Counted from the first letter of the stretch, positions 1 to 10,448 are shown. The stretch is DNA of 64,000 nt from Promethearchaeota archaeon (GCA_019057795.1 JAHLWS010000049.1:32001-96000), one strand, 5' to 3'. Made by a program: numbers and translations. The notes: generated by a model from the sequence alone, not told the origin.

Positions 1-48
1 TTTTAAATAGATAGATATTAGTTATCTACCAATCGTTGTAGGTTTATT

Positions 49-276
49 ATGCCGCTCAGATTTAACACTTGTCCATTTTGCCATGAAAAAATTGTATTCA
101 CTATCGAGTTAAAAGACATCGATTCGTCTCAATATCCCGCTCCAGTGTATATCCTTCATAAAATCAAATCTTGTGGTAAAACAGCTACTTTTTATTTTGA
201 TAGCCTTTTAAGAGTTTCGTATAAAGAACTGGAAAAAAAACCTGGGGCCATTAAAACGTTAGAAACAATCAAGTAA
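49..276 (+). CDS. small hypothetical protein, possible Zn-binding
   Basis: 75-aa ORF with CPFC and a later H-x4-C. Confidence 0.6.
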   Translation: MPLRFNTCPFCHEKIVFTIELKDIDSSQYPAPVYILHKIKSCGKTATFYFDSLLRVSYKELEKKPGAIKTLETIK

Positions 277-410
277 GATTTCTCTTAAGAATTTTATGTA
301 AATCTTATATGTAACGATTAATTTAATAGAAATACTGCCTTTTATTTTTGTAGCGAGTTTAGAAGATTTATTAAATTATTACTAACCAAAGTAGAATAGT
401 TTAAGCTGAT

Positions 411-1982
411 ATGACTAACGATTTAGAAGAGGTTTCAGGAATAGGGAAAGCAACAGCAGACAGGATGAGAGCGTCTGGCATTGATACAGTTGAAAAATTA
501 GCTTCCACGACTCTAGACAAATTAACTAAGTTAAAAATCAAGGGAGTAGGTAAATCCACAGCTTTAAAGTATATTAAGAACGCTCAAAAATTGATTAATG
601 AAAAACCAAGTGATACTGAACCTCAATTAAAGAAAGAAGACACTCCACCCAAGCCAGAAAAACATCAAAAACATGAACCAACTAAAAAACAAAAGCCAGC
701 AAAAGGTAGGAATCTTAAAGAATTAATAAAAAAACAAGCAGAGTGTAATATTGGGCTAGTGGGCCATGTAGACCACGGTAAAACCACACTAGTTAAGACC
801 TTAACGGGCGATTGGACGGATAGACATTCTGAGGAAATAGAGAGAGGCATTTCGATAAAATTAGGATATTCAAATGCGACTATTCTATACTGCCCTGAAT
901 GCGATGAATATCTTACGTATCATATGGCAGAAGCAGCTAGAAAAAAAGGTCAACCAAGATTTGTTTGCCCCAACTGTAAAAAAAATTTAGAGTTTAGAAG
1001 AAATATTTCCTTCGTCGATGCTCCTGGCCATGAAATCTTAATGGGTACTATGTTAAGTGGAGCTTTTTTAATGAATGGCGCGTGTTTACTAATTGCCGCT
1101 GATGAAGTTTGTCCCCAACCACAAACGAGAGAACATTTAGCTGCATTGAATATTGCGGGAATCGAGAACATTATTATCATCCAAAATAAAATTGATGCTG
1201 TGTCAAAAGAGCAAGCGTACGAAAATTATAAGCAAATAAAAACATTTGTAAAAGATTCCATTGCTGAAAACGCTCCAATTATACCTGTTTCCGCAGTTTT
1301 TAATGTTAACATCAATCTGATAGTTCGAGCGTTCGAAGAAATAATACCTTCTCCTAAAATTCGTGAAGATGAAGAATTTCAATTCTTAGTTGCTAGATCT
1401 TTTGACATAAATCGCCCAGGCACAGAAATCAGTAAACTACGTGGTGGAGTTATAGGGGGATCCGTATTAAAAGGTAAAATTAAGGTTGGTGAAGAAATCG
1501 AAATTAGGCCGGGTCTTCGAGTTAAGAACGAATTTATACCAATTAGAACTGAAATAGTAAGTATTAGCCAAGGAAATAATCTATTAGAAGAAGCTAATCT
1601 CGGTGGTTTAATTGGATTAGGGACTAAATTAGACCCCGCCTTGACAAGGGGAGACTCTCTGATAGGGAATTTGGTTGGTAAAACTAACACATTACCCGAA
1701 ATTGTTTCACAAGTAGAGTTAAAAGTCAAGCTTTTAGAAAGAGTAATTGGTTCTGAAATGCAAATAAGGGTTCAACAACTTAAACATAACGAAAAGCTCT
1801 TAATAGTTGTTGGTACTGAAAAAACAGCAGGAACTGTTACAAAAATTTTAAAAAACTCTTATATTCTCAATTTAAATCCACCTATTTGCCCTCCTGAGAA
1901 TTCTATATTTGCGATTTCTAGAATTATTAATAGACGGTATCGATTAATAGGATATGGTAGACATTTTAATCAAAATCAGTGA
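411..1982 (+). CDS. eif2g: translation initiation factor 2 gamma subunit with N-terminal helix-hairpin-helix extension
   Basis: GHVDHGKTT, RGISIKLGY, DAPGHE, QNKID, CPEC/CPNC Zn knuckle, RSFDINRPG; N-terminal VSGIG/IKGVG HhH motifs. Confidence 0.95.
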   Translation: MTNDLEEVSGIGKATADRMRASGIDTVEKLASTTLDKLTKLKIKGVGKSTALKYIKNAQKLINEKPSDTEPQLKKEDTPPKPEKHQKHEPTKKQKPAKGRNLKELIKKQAECNIGLVGHVDHGKTTLVKTLTGDWTDRHSEEIERGISIKLGYSNATILYCPECDEYLTYHMAEAARKKGQPRFVCPNCKKNLEFRRNISFVDAPGHEILMGTMLSGAFLMNGACLLIAADEVCPQPQTREHLAALNIAGIENIIIIQNKIDAVSKEQAYENYKQIKTFVKDSIAENAPIIPVSAVFNVNINLIVRAFEEIIPSPKIREDEEFQFLVARSFDINRPGTEISKLRGGVIGGSVLKGKIKVGEEIEIRPGLRVKNEFIPIRTEIVSISQGNNLLEEANLGGLIGLGTKLDPALTRGDSLIGNLVGKTNTLPEIVSQVELKVKLLERVIGSEMQIRVQQLKHNEKLLIVVGTEKTAGTVTKILKNSYILNLNPPICPPENSIFAISRIINRRYRLIGYGRHFNQNQ

Positions 1983-2132
1983 AAACAATCATCTTTATAT
2001 TATTTATGGAGAATAAGAAAGAATATCGTTTTTAATCTCTTTAAATTCGTAGAAAACCTCATCCATTATTCGCTTGTCTAAAAAGCGTATGAAATTTTCA
2101 ATATCATCAATGAAAATTACAATCAATTTGTT

Positions 2133-3851
2133 TTAAGATCGTCTCTTATTATTAAAATAGGTGATTAAACCAATAAGTATCAAAGCACCGTTTATACATC
2201 CAAATATAAGAATCCAAAGTGGGAAAAATGGTACATTTGTACTTACGTAATTAACTTCGCTAAATGTATTTATTAAATCGATCATTATAATTACATTGTC
2301 TTGATAAATTTTAATTGTGTAGTTTCCATTAGGAACATTCTCAATTAAAATCTCTCCATTTTCATTCGAATATGCAGGTGCCATAGGTAGAATTAAATCA
2401 TTTGAGATATAAGTTCCAAATACTTTTCCAAAATAAAGTAATTCTATTCTATAACCAATTAAAGGCATGCGTATGTTATCGGTAATAACAATTTTGAGAT
2501 CGCTCGTAGCATCATATTTTAACGAAAACGGGTTTGTTTCACCAAGAATGAGATAAGGGAGCTCTAATCTCAATCCCTTCCTTTTTACGGCATTCTCAGT
2601 AAATATTAAGCTATTCTCTATTGTTTCTTGAGTAATGGACACTATGACGTCGTAGTAATTAACAGGTCTCTCAAATAAAGAACTATTGCTGATAACTTGA
2701 TCTGCAGAAATGGTGCTTTCAATTAACGTAACATTTTTTAAATAAATATGTTTTGGTCCAGATATTAAAGAAGGAAAGTATATTCTTTCCCTTACATTTC
2801 TACCTTCGCTTAATCTATCAATAGCCCAGCTGTAATCAACGGAATTTTCAAATTTAAAGGTGAAATTCGTTTTAAATGTTAAATAAAATATTTTAGAATC
2901 AGCTGAGATTGTAACATTTATTAAATTATCTTGTTCTAAAAAGTCATTTTCTACTTGATCGTTGATTTTTAATTGTTGATCGTAAAATAGGTTCTTATCA
3001 AGCGGATTGACGATTAAATCTACAACGAGATTGTCTGCTGGTATAGAAGAGATATTTATAATATCCGAACTCTTTAATCCAATTAGCGTAAAACTATAAT
3101 AAAATGAAGGGCTAAAAGTCTGTTGCTGTTGCGTTAATGTTAAGATACTTTTTGGGTCTTGAGCTAATTCCCATCCAAAAGTGGTCAATTTATATTCAAA
3201 AATGAAATACATAGAAAAATTGTGAAAATCATCTGGGTCCTGGAAGTAGTTTTGATAATCGAAGATTAAATTATCATCAGAATCAAGGGAGTATTCGTCT
3301 TCGCTTAATTCTTCAATGATCGAAAAAGATTCATTTTGTACAAATACTTGTTTGAGAACGCGTGGAACCAATCTTGGACTGTAAATTAAATACCCTTCTG
3401 ATTCCACCATAGAACTATTATATTGGACGCTAATCGACTCATTTATCAATACCGTTATTTCATCTGATTCTGGTAAAGACTTATCAAGATTATTGAACTG
3501 TGCTATTTCATTAGTTTGCATATATTGCGTTCCTAAATAGGTAATATTTAACGCTCCAGAATTTAGATCATCGACGAGGTTAGGATATCTATCTGATCGA
3601 TTAAAAATACCTTCTTCATTAAAAGTAAGTTTAGTTATTGTAATGTTCCCAAGGCCCTGCTCTGGAGCATCAAGAATTGGGGTATAATCGTCTTTAGAGA
3701 AGACTTGTATCTTAGGATCGATGTTTATGTTAAAATCTTCACGATCCAAAGAGTTGTAATTAAAGAGATCGGCCATAAAGATTAATGGAATTAGAGAACT
3801 TAAGACTACAAAAAGGACTATGAGAAATTTCCTGTAATTGGTGTTCATCAT
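2133..3851 (-). CDS. membrane-anchored secreted/surface protein
   Basis: N-terminal hydrophobic segment, many N-x-S/T sequons, beta-rich 'SNENGEILIENVPNGNYTIKI' module, C-terminal TM helix followed by basic tail. Confidence 0.75.
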   Translation of the reverse strand: MMNTNYRKFLIVLFVVLSSLIPLIFMADLFNYNSLDREDFNINIDPKIQVFSKDDYTPILDAPEQGLGNITITKLTFNEEGIFNRSDRYPNLVDDLNSGALNITYLGTQYMQTNEIAQFNNLDKSLPESDEITVLINESISVQYNSSMVESEGYLIYSPRLVPRVLKQVFVQNESFSIIEELSEDEYSLDSDDNLIFDYQNYFQDPDDFHNFSMYFIFEYKLTTFGWELAQDPKSILTLTQQQQTFSPSFYYSFTLIGLKSSDIINISSIPADNLVVDLIVNPLDKNLFYDQQLKINDQVENDFLEQDNLINVTISADSKIFYLTFKTNFTFKFENSVDYSWAIDRLSEGRNVRERIYFPSLISGPKHIYLKNVTLIESTISADQVISNSSLFERPVNYYDVIVSITQETIENSLIFTENAVKRKGLRLELPYLILGETNPFSLKYDATSDLKIVITDNIRMPLIGYRIELLYFGKVFGTYISNDLILPMAPAYSNENGEILIENVPNGNYTIKIYQDNVIIMIDLINTFSEVNYVSTNVPFFPLWILIFGCINGALILIGLITYFNNKRRS

Positions 3852-4101
3852 TATTACTTCGAAAAATAATTATACAACAAAAAATTAAATAAAATTAATT
3901 AATTTTTCTTAAATTTTTAATTTTTGCTTCAATTTCCATGTATGTCTGGATATGATCCAAATATATTTATAGAATTTATTTTTACTTATTTATAACATCG
4001 TTTAAACGTATGATAATACGCCCAAATGGACTATGTTATTTTTTTCCATTCCATATTAGTTTAAGTAATTTTTGAATAATATATATTAAAAAATGATATA
4101 A

Positions 4102-5487
4102 ATGGTTCAAAAACCAGATCGAAAAAATTTTTTGGAAAAGCTTAATACTGCTGTAGATTTTTTTGAGGATAATTCTCGTAATCTTTACAACAATGTCATT
4201 GCGATTTCCCATAATGACGCAGATGGCATTAGTAGCTTACAAATTATTCAAAATCTGCTTCATAAAATGAACTTTAATTACGATTACTTTATTTATAACC
4301 GATCTGTGTCATGGGCAAATTATCTGAGTGGAATTTTGCCTAAAGCTCAAAATAATAAGACGGCATTAATCTTTACAGATGTTGGCTCCAATTTAACAGA
4401 ACTCATCCCGATCATCAAGAAAAGAAAAGAAGATTTTTACATCCTCGACCACCATGAAGTAGATGGCGATATAGATTTTGATATGCTTCCAGAAAATTTA
4501 TTTTTTGTTAATCCTACGATTTTTGGGTTTGACGGACTTGATCATATATCCGGAGCTACTTTAGCTTATATGTTTGCAAAAAAGATTGATTTTGCTACAA
4601 TAAAACAAGGCTGGTTAGCGGTTATTGGAATAGCAGGCGATTCATTAAAGTCGATGGAAAAGCTTCAATCGTTCAATAAGGAGATCTATCAAGAGTTGGT
4701 TGATGAAGAAGTTATTTATGATGAAGAAGGATTAATTCTGTTCGGAAGCATGCACGATTCCATAAAAAACGGTTTAAAATTTAGTATTTTACCTTTTTTA
4801 AATGGATTTGGCGGTGAGAATGATCAAAAGATTAAATCTTTTCTAAACAAATTGCTAATAAATCCAAATAAAAAAGTTGTTGATTTAGATAAAACTGAAA
4901 TCCAAAAAATCATAGATAATACTAATTTAAATATCGGACGCTTTGCTTTATTGCCTCAAAAACAAGGTTTATTGAAATTTGCTTTTGAACACGCTCTACT
5001 ACTAAATATTTTGTCCTTTAAAAACATAAGCGCGGCACTTTCAATTATACAGCAAAGAACAATAACACGTTATGCTAAAGAAATCTATTTTGAATATGTT
5101 AGTTGCTTAGTTAAAAATATGAAAATACTATCAGATGATTTGCCTCGCTATGAAACGGAAAAAGCAATTTTTATAGATGCTGGAAATAGTCCAATCCCTC
5201 CAAGTAATTGGTCCGATACGGCAAGTTTTACTTCTGTAAACGGGCTGTTAAAGCCAAATAAAATGTTGTTTTTAGGGGGTTTTGAAAAAAAGTCTCAAAT
5301 GGTAAAACTAAGCATTAGATGTTCCAGGAAATATTTAGAAAACAATGAAATGGGCGTAAATAAAGTAATTAGTGTAATTAAAGAGAATCTTGGAGGAACT
5401 GGTGGAGGTCATAAATTAGCGGGTGGAATAAGATTATCAATGCCCTCATTTAAATTATTAAAAGAAAGAGTAGATGAGTTTATTTAG
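4102..5487 (+). CDS. DHH-family phosphoesterase (RecJ/GAN/Cdc45-like)
   Basis: HNDADG, FTDVG, LDHH, IAGD, and DHHA1 GGGHKLAGG motifs. Confidence 0.88.
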   Translation: MVQKPDRKNFLEKLNTAVDFFEDNSRNLYNNVIAISHNDADGISSLQIIQNLLHKMNFNYDYFIYNRSVSWANYLSGILPKAQNNKTALIFTDVGSNLTELIPIIKKRKEDFYILDHHEVDGDIDFDMLPENLFFVNPTIFGFDGLDHISGATLAYMFAKKIDFATIKQGWLAVIGIAGDSLKSMEKLQSFNKEIYQELVDEEVIYDEEGLILFGSMHDSIKNGLKFSILPFLNGFGGENDQKIKSFLNKLLINPNKKVVDLDKTEIQKIIDNTNLNIGRFALLPQKQGLLKFAFEHALLLNILSFKNISAALSIIQQRTITRYAKEIYFEYVSCLVKNMKILSDDLPRYETEKAIFIDAGNSPIPPSNWSDTASFTSVNGLLKPNKMLFLGGFEKKSQMVKLSIRCSRKYLENNEMGVNKVISVIKENLGGTGGGHKLAGGIRLSMPSFKLLKERVDEFI

Positions 5488-5573
5488 TGTGATTAAAAAA
5501 TAATAACATAAAATTTTTCAAAAAAATGTAAAAAGATTTTCTTTGATTAGAGCAAAACTAATGAATTTGTACC

Positions 5574-5879
5574 ATGGATTTTCTTGAATTAAAACCAAAT
5601 AATGTGTATTTATTGAGGATAAGGGTAAAAACAAATTCTAAAAAGCGAGAAATTTTACGATGTTCTGAAACTGACTCTAACTTAACAATATTACTTCGTT
5701 CGAAACCCGTTCAAAACAAAGCTAATAGAGAACTGTTAAATTTAATAAAAAAGAAACTAAAAGTATCTTCAGATCAGGTTCAGATAATCGCAGGTTTAAA
5801 GAAAGTAGATAAAATATTACAAGTTAGCTTTTCTGAAAATATCGTAGAATCAGATATAATAAAGAGAATTTTCAATTAA
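5574..5879 (+). CDS. DUF167/UPF0235 (YggU-like) protein
   Basis: IRVKTNS...PVQNKANRELL...VQIIAG..K pattern. Confidence 0.8.
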   Translation: MDFLELKPNNVYLLRIRVKTNSKKREILRCSETDSNLTILLRSKPVQNKANRELLNLIKKKLKVSSDQVQIIAGLKKVDKILQVSFSENIVESDIIKRIFN

Positions 5880-5917
5880 ATAGGGAAATTCAACTTTAAT
5901 ATGTTATTGAAGTTATT

Positions 5918-6280
5918 TCAGCTTCCAATCTTTATCATCTTACCACATTTTAAGCATGTGATAAAATGTGTCATGCCCTCATCCGCACTCCTAGTCTGTC
6001 GAGTTTCTAAATGAGCTTTATCATAGCCACATCTTCGACATTTAAAATTTTTAATGGAGCTTCTTAAATTTTCTTCTTTCCACTTCATAAATTCGGTTAG
6101 ATTTGATACTTCCTCTCTAATAGAATGTTCTATTTTAGTTTTTATTCTATATGAATTAGCTTTTTCCTCAGTAAAAGGTTTCGTTGCACCACACTTACAC
6201 TTAAATACTTTTTTACCGTTTACCGTTGAAGGGAGCATCATACTTCCTCCACATTCATCGCAAAATTCCAATATTATCAA
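5918..6280 (-). CDS. tfs: transcription factor S (TFS/RpoM family)
   Basis: N-terminal FCDECG Zn ribbon; C-terminal CRRCG...QTRSADEGMTHFITCLKCG with intact acidic tip. Confidence 0.92.
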   Translation of the reverse strand: MIILEFCDECGGSMMLPSTVNGKKVFKCKCGATKPFTEEKANSYRIKTKIEHSIREEVSNLTEFMKWKEENLRSSIKNFKCRRCGYDKAHLETRQTRSADEGMTHFITCLKCGKMIKIGS

Positions 6281-6334
6281 TCCTATTAGCTTACTTTTTT
6301 AATAAGATATTATTGTTTTTTTTTCTAACTTAAC

Positions 6335-7297
6335 TTAAAATTTTAAACCAAATATTAAAACACAAAAAATTACACCCGTTAAAAGATCTGCGGTTGTACC
6401 AGGGTTTAGTTTTCCGTTTTGTTTATGCAATTCTTTATCAAATTTAACTATCAAATTTAATCCTTTTTTAGTAGTGATACCTCCATCTTTTATAATCTCT
6501 GAAGCTATTTTTGAAACATTCAACGCAGCTTCCTTACCCGCTTTCCTAATAATTAAGGTATCTAAATGCATGCTCAGTAGTTTTAAATATGTATTGACAA
6601 TTGTGCTATTTATGTCTTTACATTTCTCATAAGTATCAAAAAAATATGGTAAGCCTTCTTTTAATATAATATTGAAGCCACTAGCATACTCATTGCTTAT
6701 TAAATCATATTCTTTTGATAGTTCGAATATTTTTTTAAGATTTATATTATCTTTAATAATATCCTTATATGAATTTTCATCGTTAATATCATACTTTTCT
6801 ATGTTACCTAGTCCACCGGGATTACAAATTTTTATAGCGTCGTATAAATTCACCGTATCTTTAACTGTAGCATCTTCGATAACCTTTTTAATAAAAAATT
6901 CGAAATTTTCGATCTTTTTCATATTTAATTTTAAACAAATTGTAGCCGCGGATGCTAGTGGAGCTAAGATAAGAATGTGTCCTAGTAAGACGTTACCTCC
7001 AGACTGCCACTTCATCATTTGATTAGCTGATTCCTTAAAAAAAAGACCTAATTCAATAGAACTAAAATTTTCTTTTTCACTTTCTACAGAGTTATATACT
7101 GTTTCACAAAATCCTTTAAAATTTGGTTGGATTGCTGCAATACCCGCTAAAAAGTGTTCAAATCTTGTATTTGGAAAATTTTTTGTTCTATGGACATTTC
7201 CCGGTTTAGGCCACCCAGATAACTCCAACAAGCTCGAAAGATTTATACACCTTACTAAATCATTAACTGATTGGGTAACGATTGCTTTTATAGGCAC
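6335..7297 (-). CDS. citG: triphosphoribosyl-dephospho-CoA synthase (CitG family)
   Basis: PKPGNVHR, DTLIIRKAG, LNPGTTADL motifs. Confidence 0.88.
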   Translation of the reverse strand: MPIKAIVTQSVNDLVRCINLSSLLELSGWPKPGNVHRTKNFPNTRFEHFLAGIAAIQPNFKGFCETVYNSVESEKENFSSIELGLFFKESANQMMKWQSGGNVLLGHILILAPLASAATICLKLNMKKIENFEFFIKKVIEDATVKDTVNLYDAIKICNPGGLGNIEKYDINDENSYKDIIKDNINLKKIFELSKEYDLISNEYASGFNIILKEGLPYFFDTYEKCKDINSTIVNTYLKLLSMHLDTLIIRKAGKEAALNVSKIASEIIKDGGITTKKGLNLIVKFDKELHKQNGKLNPGTTADLLTGVIFCVLIFGLKF

Positions 7298-7344
7298 ATT
7301 TAAGATATTAATTTTAAAAATTAAAATAGTTTTTTAAATGTAAA

Positions 7345-7656
7345 TTAATAATAAGTTAATTCTAGAACCTTTTTTTCTTTTATCATATAGCCTTGTTTCT
7401 TTGAAGTGTTATATGAGATTGGTCGATATTTTTCATTTAGATTTTTACGATACAGAAATTTTTTTATTCTTAATTTAACTGCTCTCTTTGACAATTTGAG
7501 GGGCATTACTATTTCTAATTCGTTTCCATTTCGAGAGAGTTCAATTTGCGGCAACTGTTCTTCGAGGAACCTTAACAGATCCTCAACGTATTCTTCTTTT
7601 AAAAAACTTAAGTCTTTTATATTTATATAAATTTCTTTAGTATCAACTTCACTCAT
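7345..7656 (-). CDS. rpl22e: ribosomal protein eL22 (L22e)-like
   Basis: LSKRAVKLRIKKFLYRKNLNEKYRPIS resembles the eukaryotic [26 protein letters not shown] segment; 103 aa. Confidence 0.72.
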   Translation of the reverse strand: MSEVDTKEIYINIKDLSFLKEEYVEDLLRFLEEQLPQIELSRNGNELEIVMPLKLSKRAVKLRIKKFLYRKNLNEKYRPISYNTSKKQGYMIKEKKVLELTYY

Positions 7657-7737
7657 ATTCTAATCACTCAATATTATAATTTTTGATATTATAAATTTTT
7701 TTTTATTTTTACAAAAAATTTTTATAAAAAGATTTAA

Positions 7738-9039
7738 ATGAACTTTTTCTACATAATAATCATGGTAGATTATGTAGATTTAAGTTATGAACCTAACGAA
7801 AATGATCTCGTTGTTATGTATTTCGTTGAAAAAGCTGTTGATTGTGAAAGTCTGGAAAAAGCGTGCGAGGAAATCGCTAAAGAAAGTTCAATCGGCACGT
7901 GGACAGATATTTTGACGATGTCTGCAGATATTGCTGAACGCCTTGAACCATCTGCTTTTTATATCGATCCACAAAATCAAATTATTAAAATTGCTTATTC
8001 TGAAGAATTATTTGAAGCCGATAACATGTCTCAAATTCTTAGCGCTATTGCCGGTAATATTTTTGGTATGAAGGTGATTAATAATTTAAGGCTTATAGAT
8101 ATCACATTTCCTAAATATATAGTCAGTAAATATAAAGGACCTAAATTCGGGATTAAAGGTATTAGAAAATTAACGGGAGTGGAAAAAAGACCTTTGTTAG
8201 GAACAATCGTAAAACCTAAAGTAGGTTTAAACGAGATCGAACACGCAAAAGTTTGTGAAGAGGCATGGATGGGCGGTTTGGACATAGTAAAGGACGATGA
8301 GAATTTAACTAGTATGGTCTTCAATAAATTCGATAAAAGAGTTGAGGAATCTTTAAAAGCTCGAGATAGAGCTCAAGCTGAAACGGGTGAAAAAAAGATT
8401 TATATGCCCAATATCACAGCAAAATTAAGTACAATGGAAGAGAGAGCAAATATAGTAATAAATAACGGTGGAGAATATGTAATGGTTGACATATTTACCG
8501 TAGGATTCTCAGCTTTACAAGAACTTCGAGATTATCTAGATGATAAAAATGTCGTAATTCACGCTCATAGAGCTATGCATGCTGCCTTTACACGCAATAA
8601 GAAACACGGAATAACGATGTTGGCTTTAGCCAAAATAATGCGGCTAATCGGAATGGATCAGCTCCATACTGGGACTATCGTTGGAAAAATGGAGGGTGGC
8701 AAAAAGGAAGTTTTAGAGATAAATCAAGTAATTTCAGAGCCAAATATTACAGGAAACAATACAACAATTCTGGATCAAGAATGGGGTGATATCAAACCTA
8801 CTCTACCCGTTGCTTCAGGAGGTCTAAGCCCATTACACATTCCTGATTTAATAAAATTTTTAGGTAATGATATCGTGTATCAATTCGGAGGAGGATGTCA
8901 CGGACATCCAGACGGAACTAGAGCAGGCGCCAGAGCGATAAGACAAGCAGTTGATGCTACTTTGAGTGGAATTCAATTGGAGGAATACGCAAAAACGAAA
9001 GAAGAATTAGAAAAAGCAATCAAAAAATGGAGAAAATAA
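7738..9039 (+). CDS. rbcL: ribulose-1,5-bisphosphate carboxylase, archaeal form III
   Basis: ESSIGTW, GTIVKPKVGL, DIVKDDE, HAHRAMH, GKMEG, ASGG, GGGCHGHP; true start probably ATG at 7762. Confidence 0.93.
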   Translation: MNFFYIIIMVDYVDLSYEPNENDLVVMYFVEKAVDCESLEKACEEIAKESSIGTWTDILTMSADIAERLEPSAFYIDPQNQIIKIAYSEELFEADNMSQILSAIAGNIFGMKVINNLRLIDITFPKYIVSKYKGPKFGIKGIRKLTGVEKRPLLGTIVKPKVGLNEIEHAKVCEEAWMGGLDIVKDDENLTSMVFNKFDKRVEESLKARDRAQAETGEKKIYMPNITAKLSTMEERANIVINNGGEYVMVDIFTVGFSALQELRDYLDDKNVVIHAHRAMHAAFTRNKKHGITMLALAKIMRLIGMDQLHTGTIVGKMEGGKKEVLEINQVISEPNITGNNTTILDQEWGDIKPTLPVASGGLSPLHIPDLIKFLGNDIVYQFGGGCHGHPDGTRAGARAIRQAVDATLSGIQLEEYAKTKEELEKAIKKWRK

Positions 9040-9063
9040 TTAAAATTTAACTTTTTTTAAGTT

Positions 9064-10008
9064 TTATAGCATATCAGGATATAATTTTGCAAAGTAATTA
9101 TGGACATGGCTACTTGCGAAGATCCCTGCTTCAGTTATAAGCCCATCTATATATCTTCTACTTACGGTCTCAAAAGCAGGATTTAGGATGGTTAAACCCT
9201 CTGGAGCATCCTCCCATACTTCTTTCGGGTCTCTCATTTCGATTTTTTCCAAAATACCAAATGAAGTCTGAGGATTATATTTTAAAAGAGGGGATGCAAC
9301 ATAAAAAGGTACGTGTTCTTCGTGTGCCACTAATGCTAACAATCGAGATCCAATTTTATTAATAATCGTTCCCTCTGAAGTAATAGAATCTGCTCCAATA
9401 ATTATTAAATCAACTTCATAATGATTAACAACCCAACGCATAGCACTATCAACTACGTGAATAACTTCAATTCCAGCATCAAGTAATTTTCTGACTGTTT
9501 TTCTTCCTTGCAATCTAGGTTGAGTTTCCGTTGCTACAACTTTGAAATGATCTTTCCCCTGTCTTTTTGCTTCTAATAGGATAGCATTTACAATACTTGA
9601 ATGGCAATGAGTCATTATAATAAAGTTATCGTCCGTACTTACATCAGGAATTCTCCTTGCGCCTATTTCAGCTATTTTCTGTTTTGACTTTTGCATCAAT
9701 AATTTATATTCATCCTTACAACTGGCAATTAATTCTAAAATTTCTTTTTTCTCTAACGAATCTATTTTTTTTTTTAATCGATTTGTAATATAATTAAGTC
9801 CATTTCTCAAGGCAGGCTCAGTCGCCCTCGTTTGGAATAAGATGGCTTTAGCTTCTAGTAATTTATTAAATAAATCTTCTGAAGTAATAGTTTCACCAAT
9901 TCTTTGCGCGTAATCGCTTAAAAATTGTATTGCACTAATTGCTACATTTGAAGCACCCTGAATTTCTAAGGATTTAATCCTTTCAGCGTCCTTTAATAAT
10001 TGTTGTAT
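9064..10008 (-). CDS. ribose-1,5-bisphosphate isomerase (eIF2B-like family)
   Basis: THCHS, ETQPRLQG, GADSIT, NKIGS, NPAFE; frame stays open upstream of the track start (9810) with conserved IKSLEIQGA and TRATEPALRN; start inferred at ATA 10008. Confidence 0.88.
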   Translation of the reverse strand: MQQLLKDAERIKSLEIQGASNVAISAIQFLSDYAQRIGETITSEDLFNKLLEAKAILFQTRATEPALRNGLNYITNRLKKKIDSLEKKEILELIASCKDEYKLLMQKSKQKIAEIGARRIPDVSTDDNFIIMTHCHSSIVNAILLEAKRQGKDHFKVVATETQPRLQGRKTVRKLLDAGIEVIHVVDSAMRWVVNHYEVDLIIIGADSITSEGTIINKIGSRLLALVAHEEHVPFYVASPLLKYNPQTSFGILEKIEMRDPKEVWEDAPEGLTILNPAFETVSRRYIDGLITEAGIFASSHVHNYFAKLYPDML

Positions 10009-10069
10009 ATTTATTCACCAATTTTTTTAATGTTAATATATAGGATATTCATATTTTTATTTTATTATC

Positions 10070-10261
10070 TTACTTTTGTTGATCCTCATTATCTGAATTC
10101 TGGGTCAACTCTAAATCCTTTGGATTTATCTCTATATAGAGAGCTCCAATATAATCACACGAGGTACATTCAAATATGTTTGGTGCTAGCCAACCAGCAA
10201 CATTAACAGCGGTTTTCAAAGTAGGTTTTTTACATTTAGGACAAAATTTAATGCGTACCAT
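10070..10261 (-). CDS. small Zn-ribbon protein
   Basis: FCPKC...GWLAP..FECTSCDYIG. Confidence 0.7.
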   Translation of the reverse strand: MVRIKFCPKCKKPTLKTAVNVAGWLAPNIFECTSCDYIGALYIEINPKDLELTQNSDNEDQQK

Positions 10262-10448
10262 TTTGCTTTTAATTCATTTTGCTGTAATTAGAAATGAATA
10301 ATTCTTTTATTTTTTGATCTATATTCAATAATCACAAATAACATTTAGCCTCTATCATTATAAATACATAGATGTTCCTAAAAAATTGTTTATATATTTT
10401 CTGTGATTTTACAATTTAACTTAAACAATCAGCGCTTAACTTACTAAA

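Noticed and set aside
10015-10017. In-frame TGA upstream of the R15P isomerase as possible selenocysteine
   Set aside because: A TAA lies four codons further upstream with no start codon between, and the TGA is better explained as part of a GGTGA SD element.
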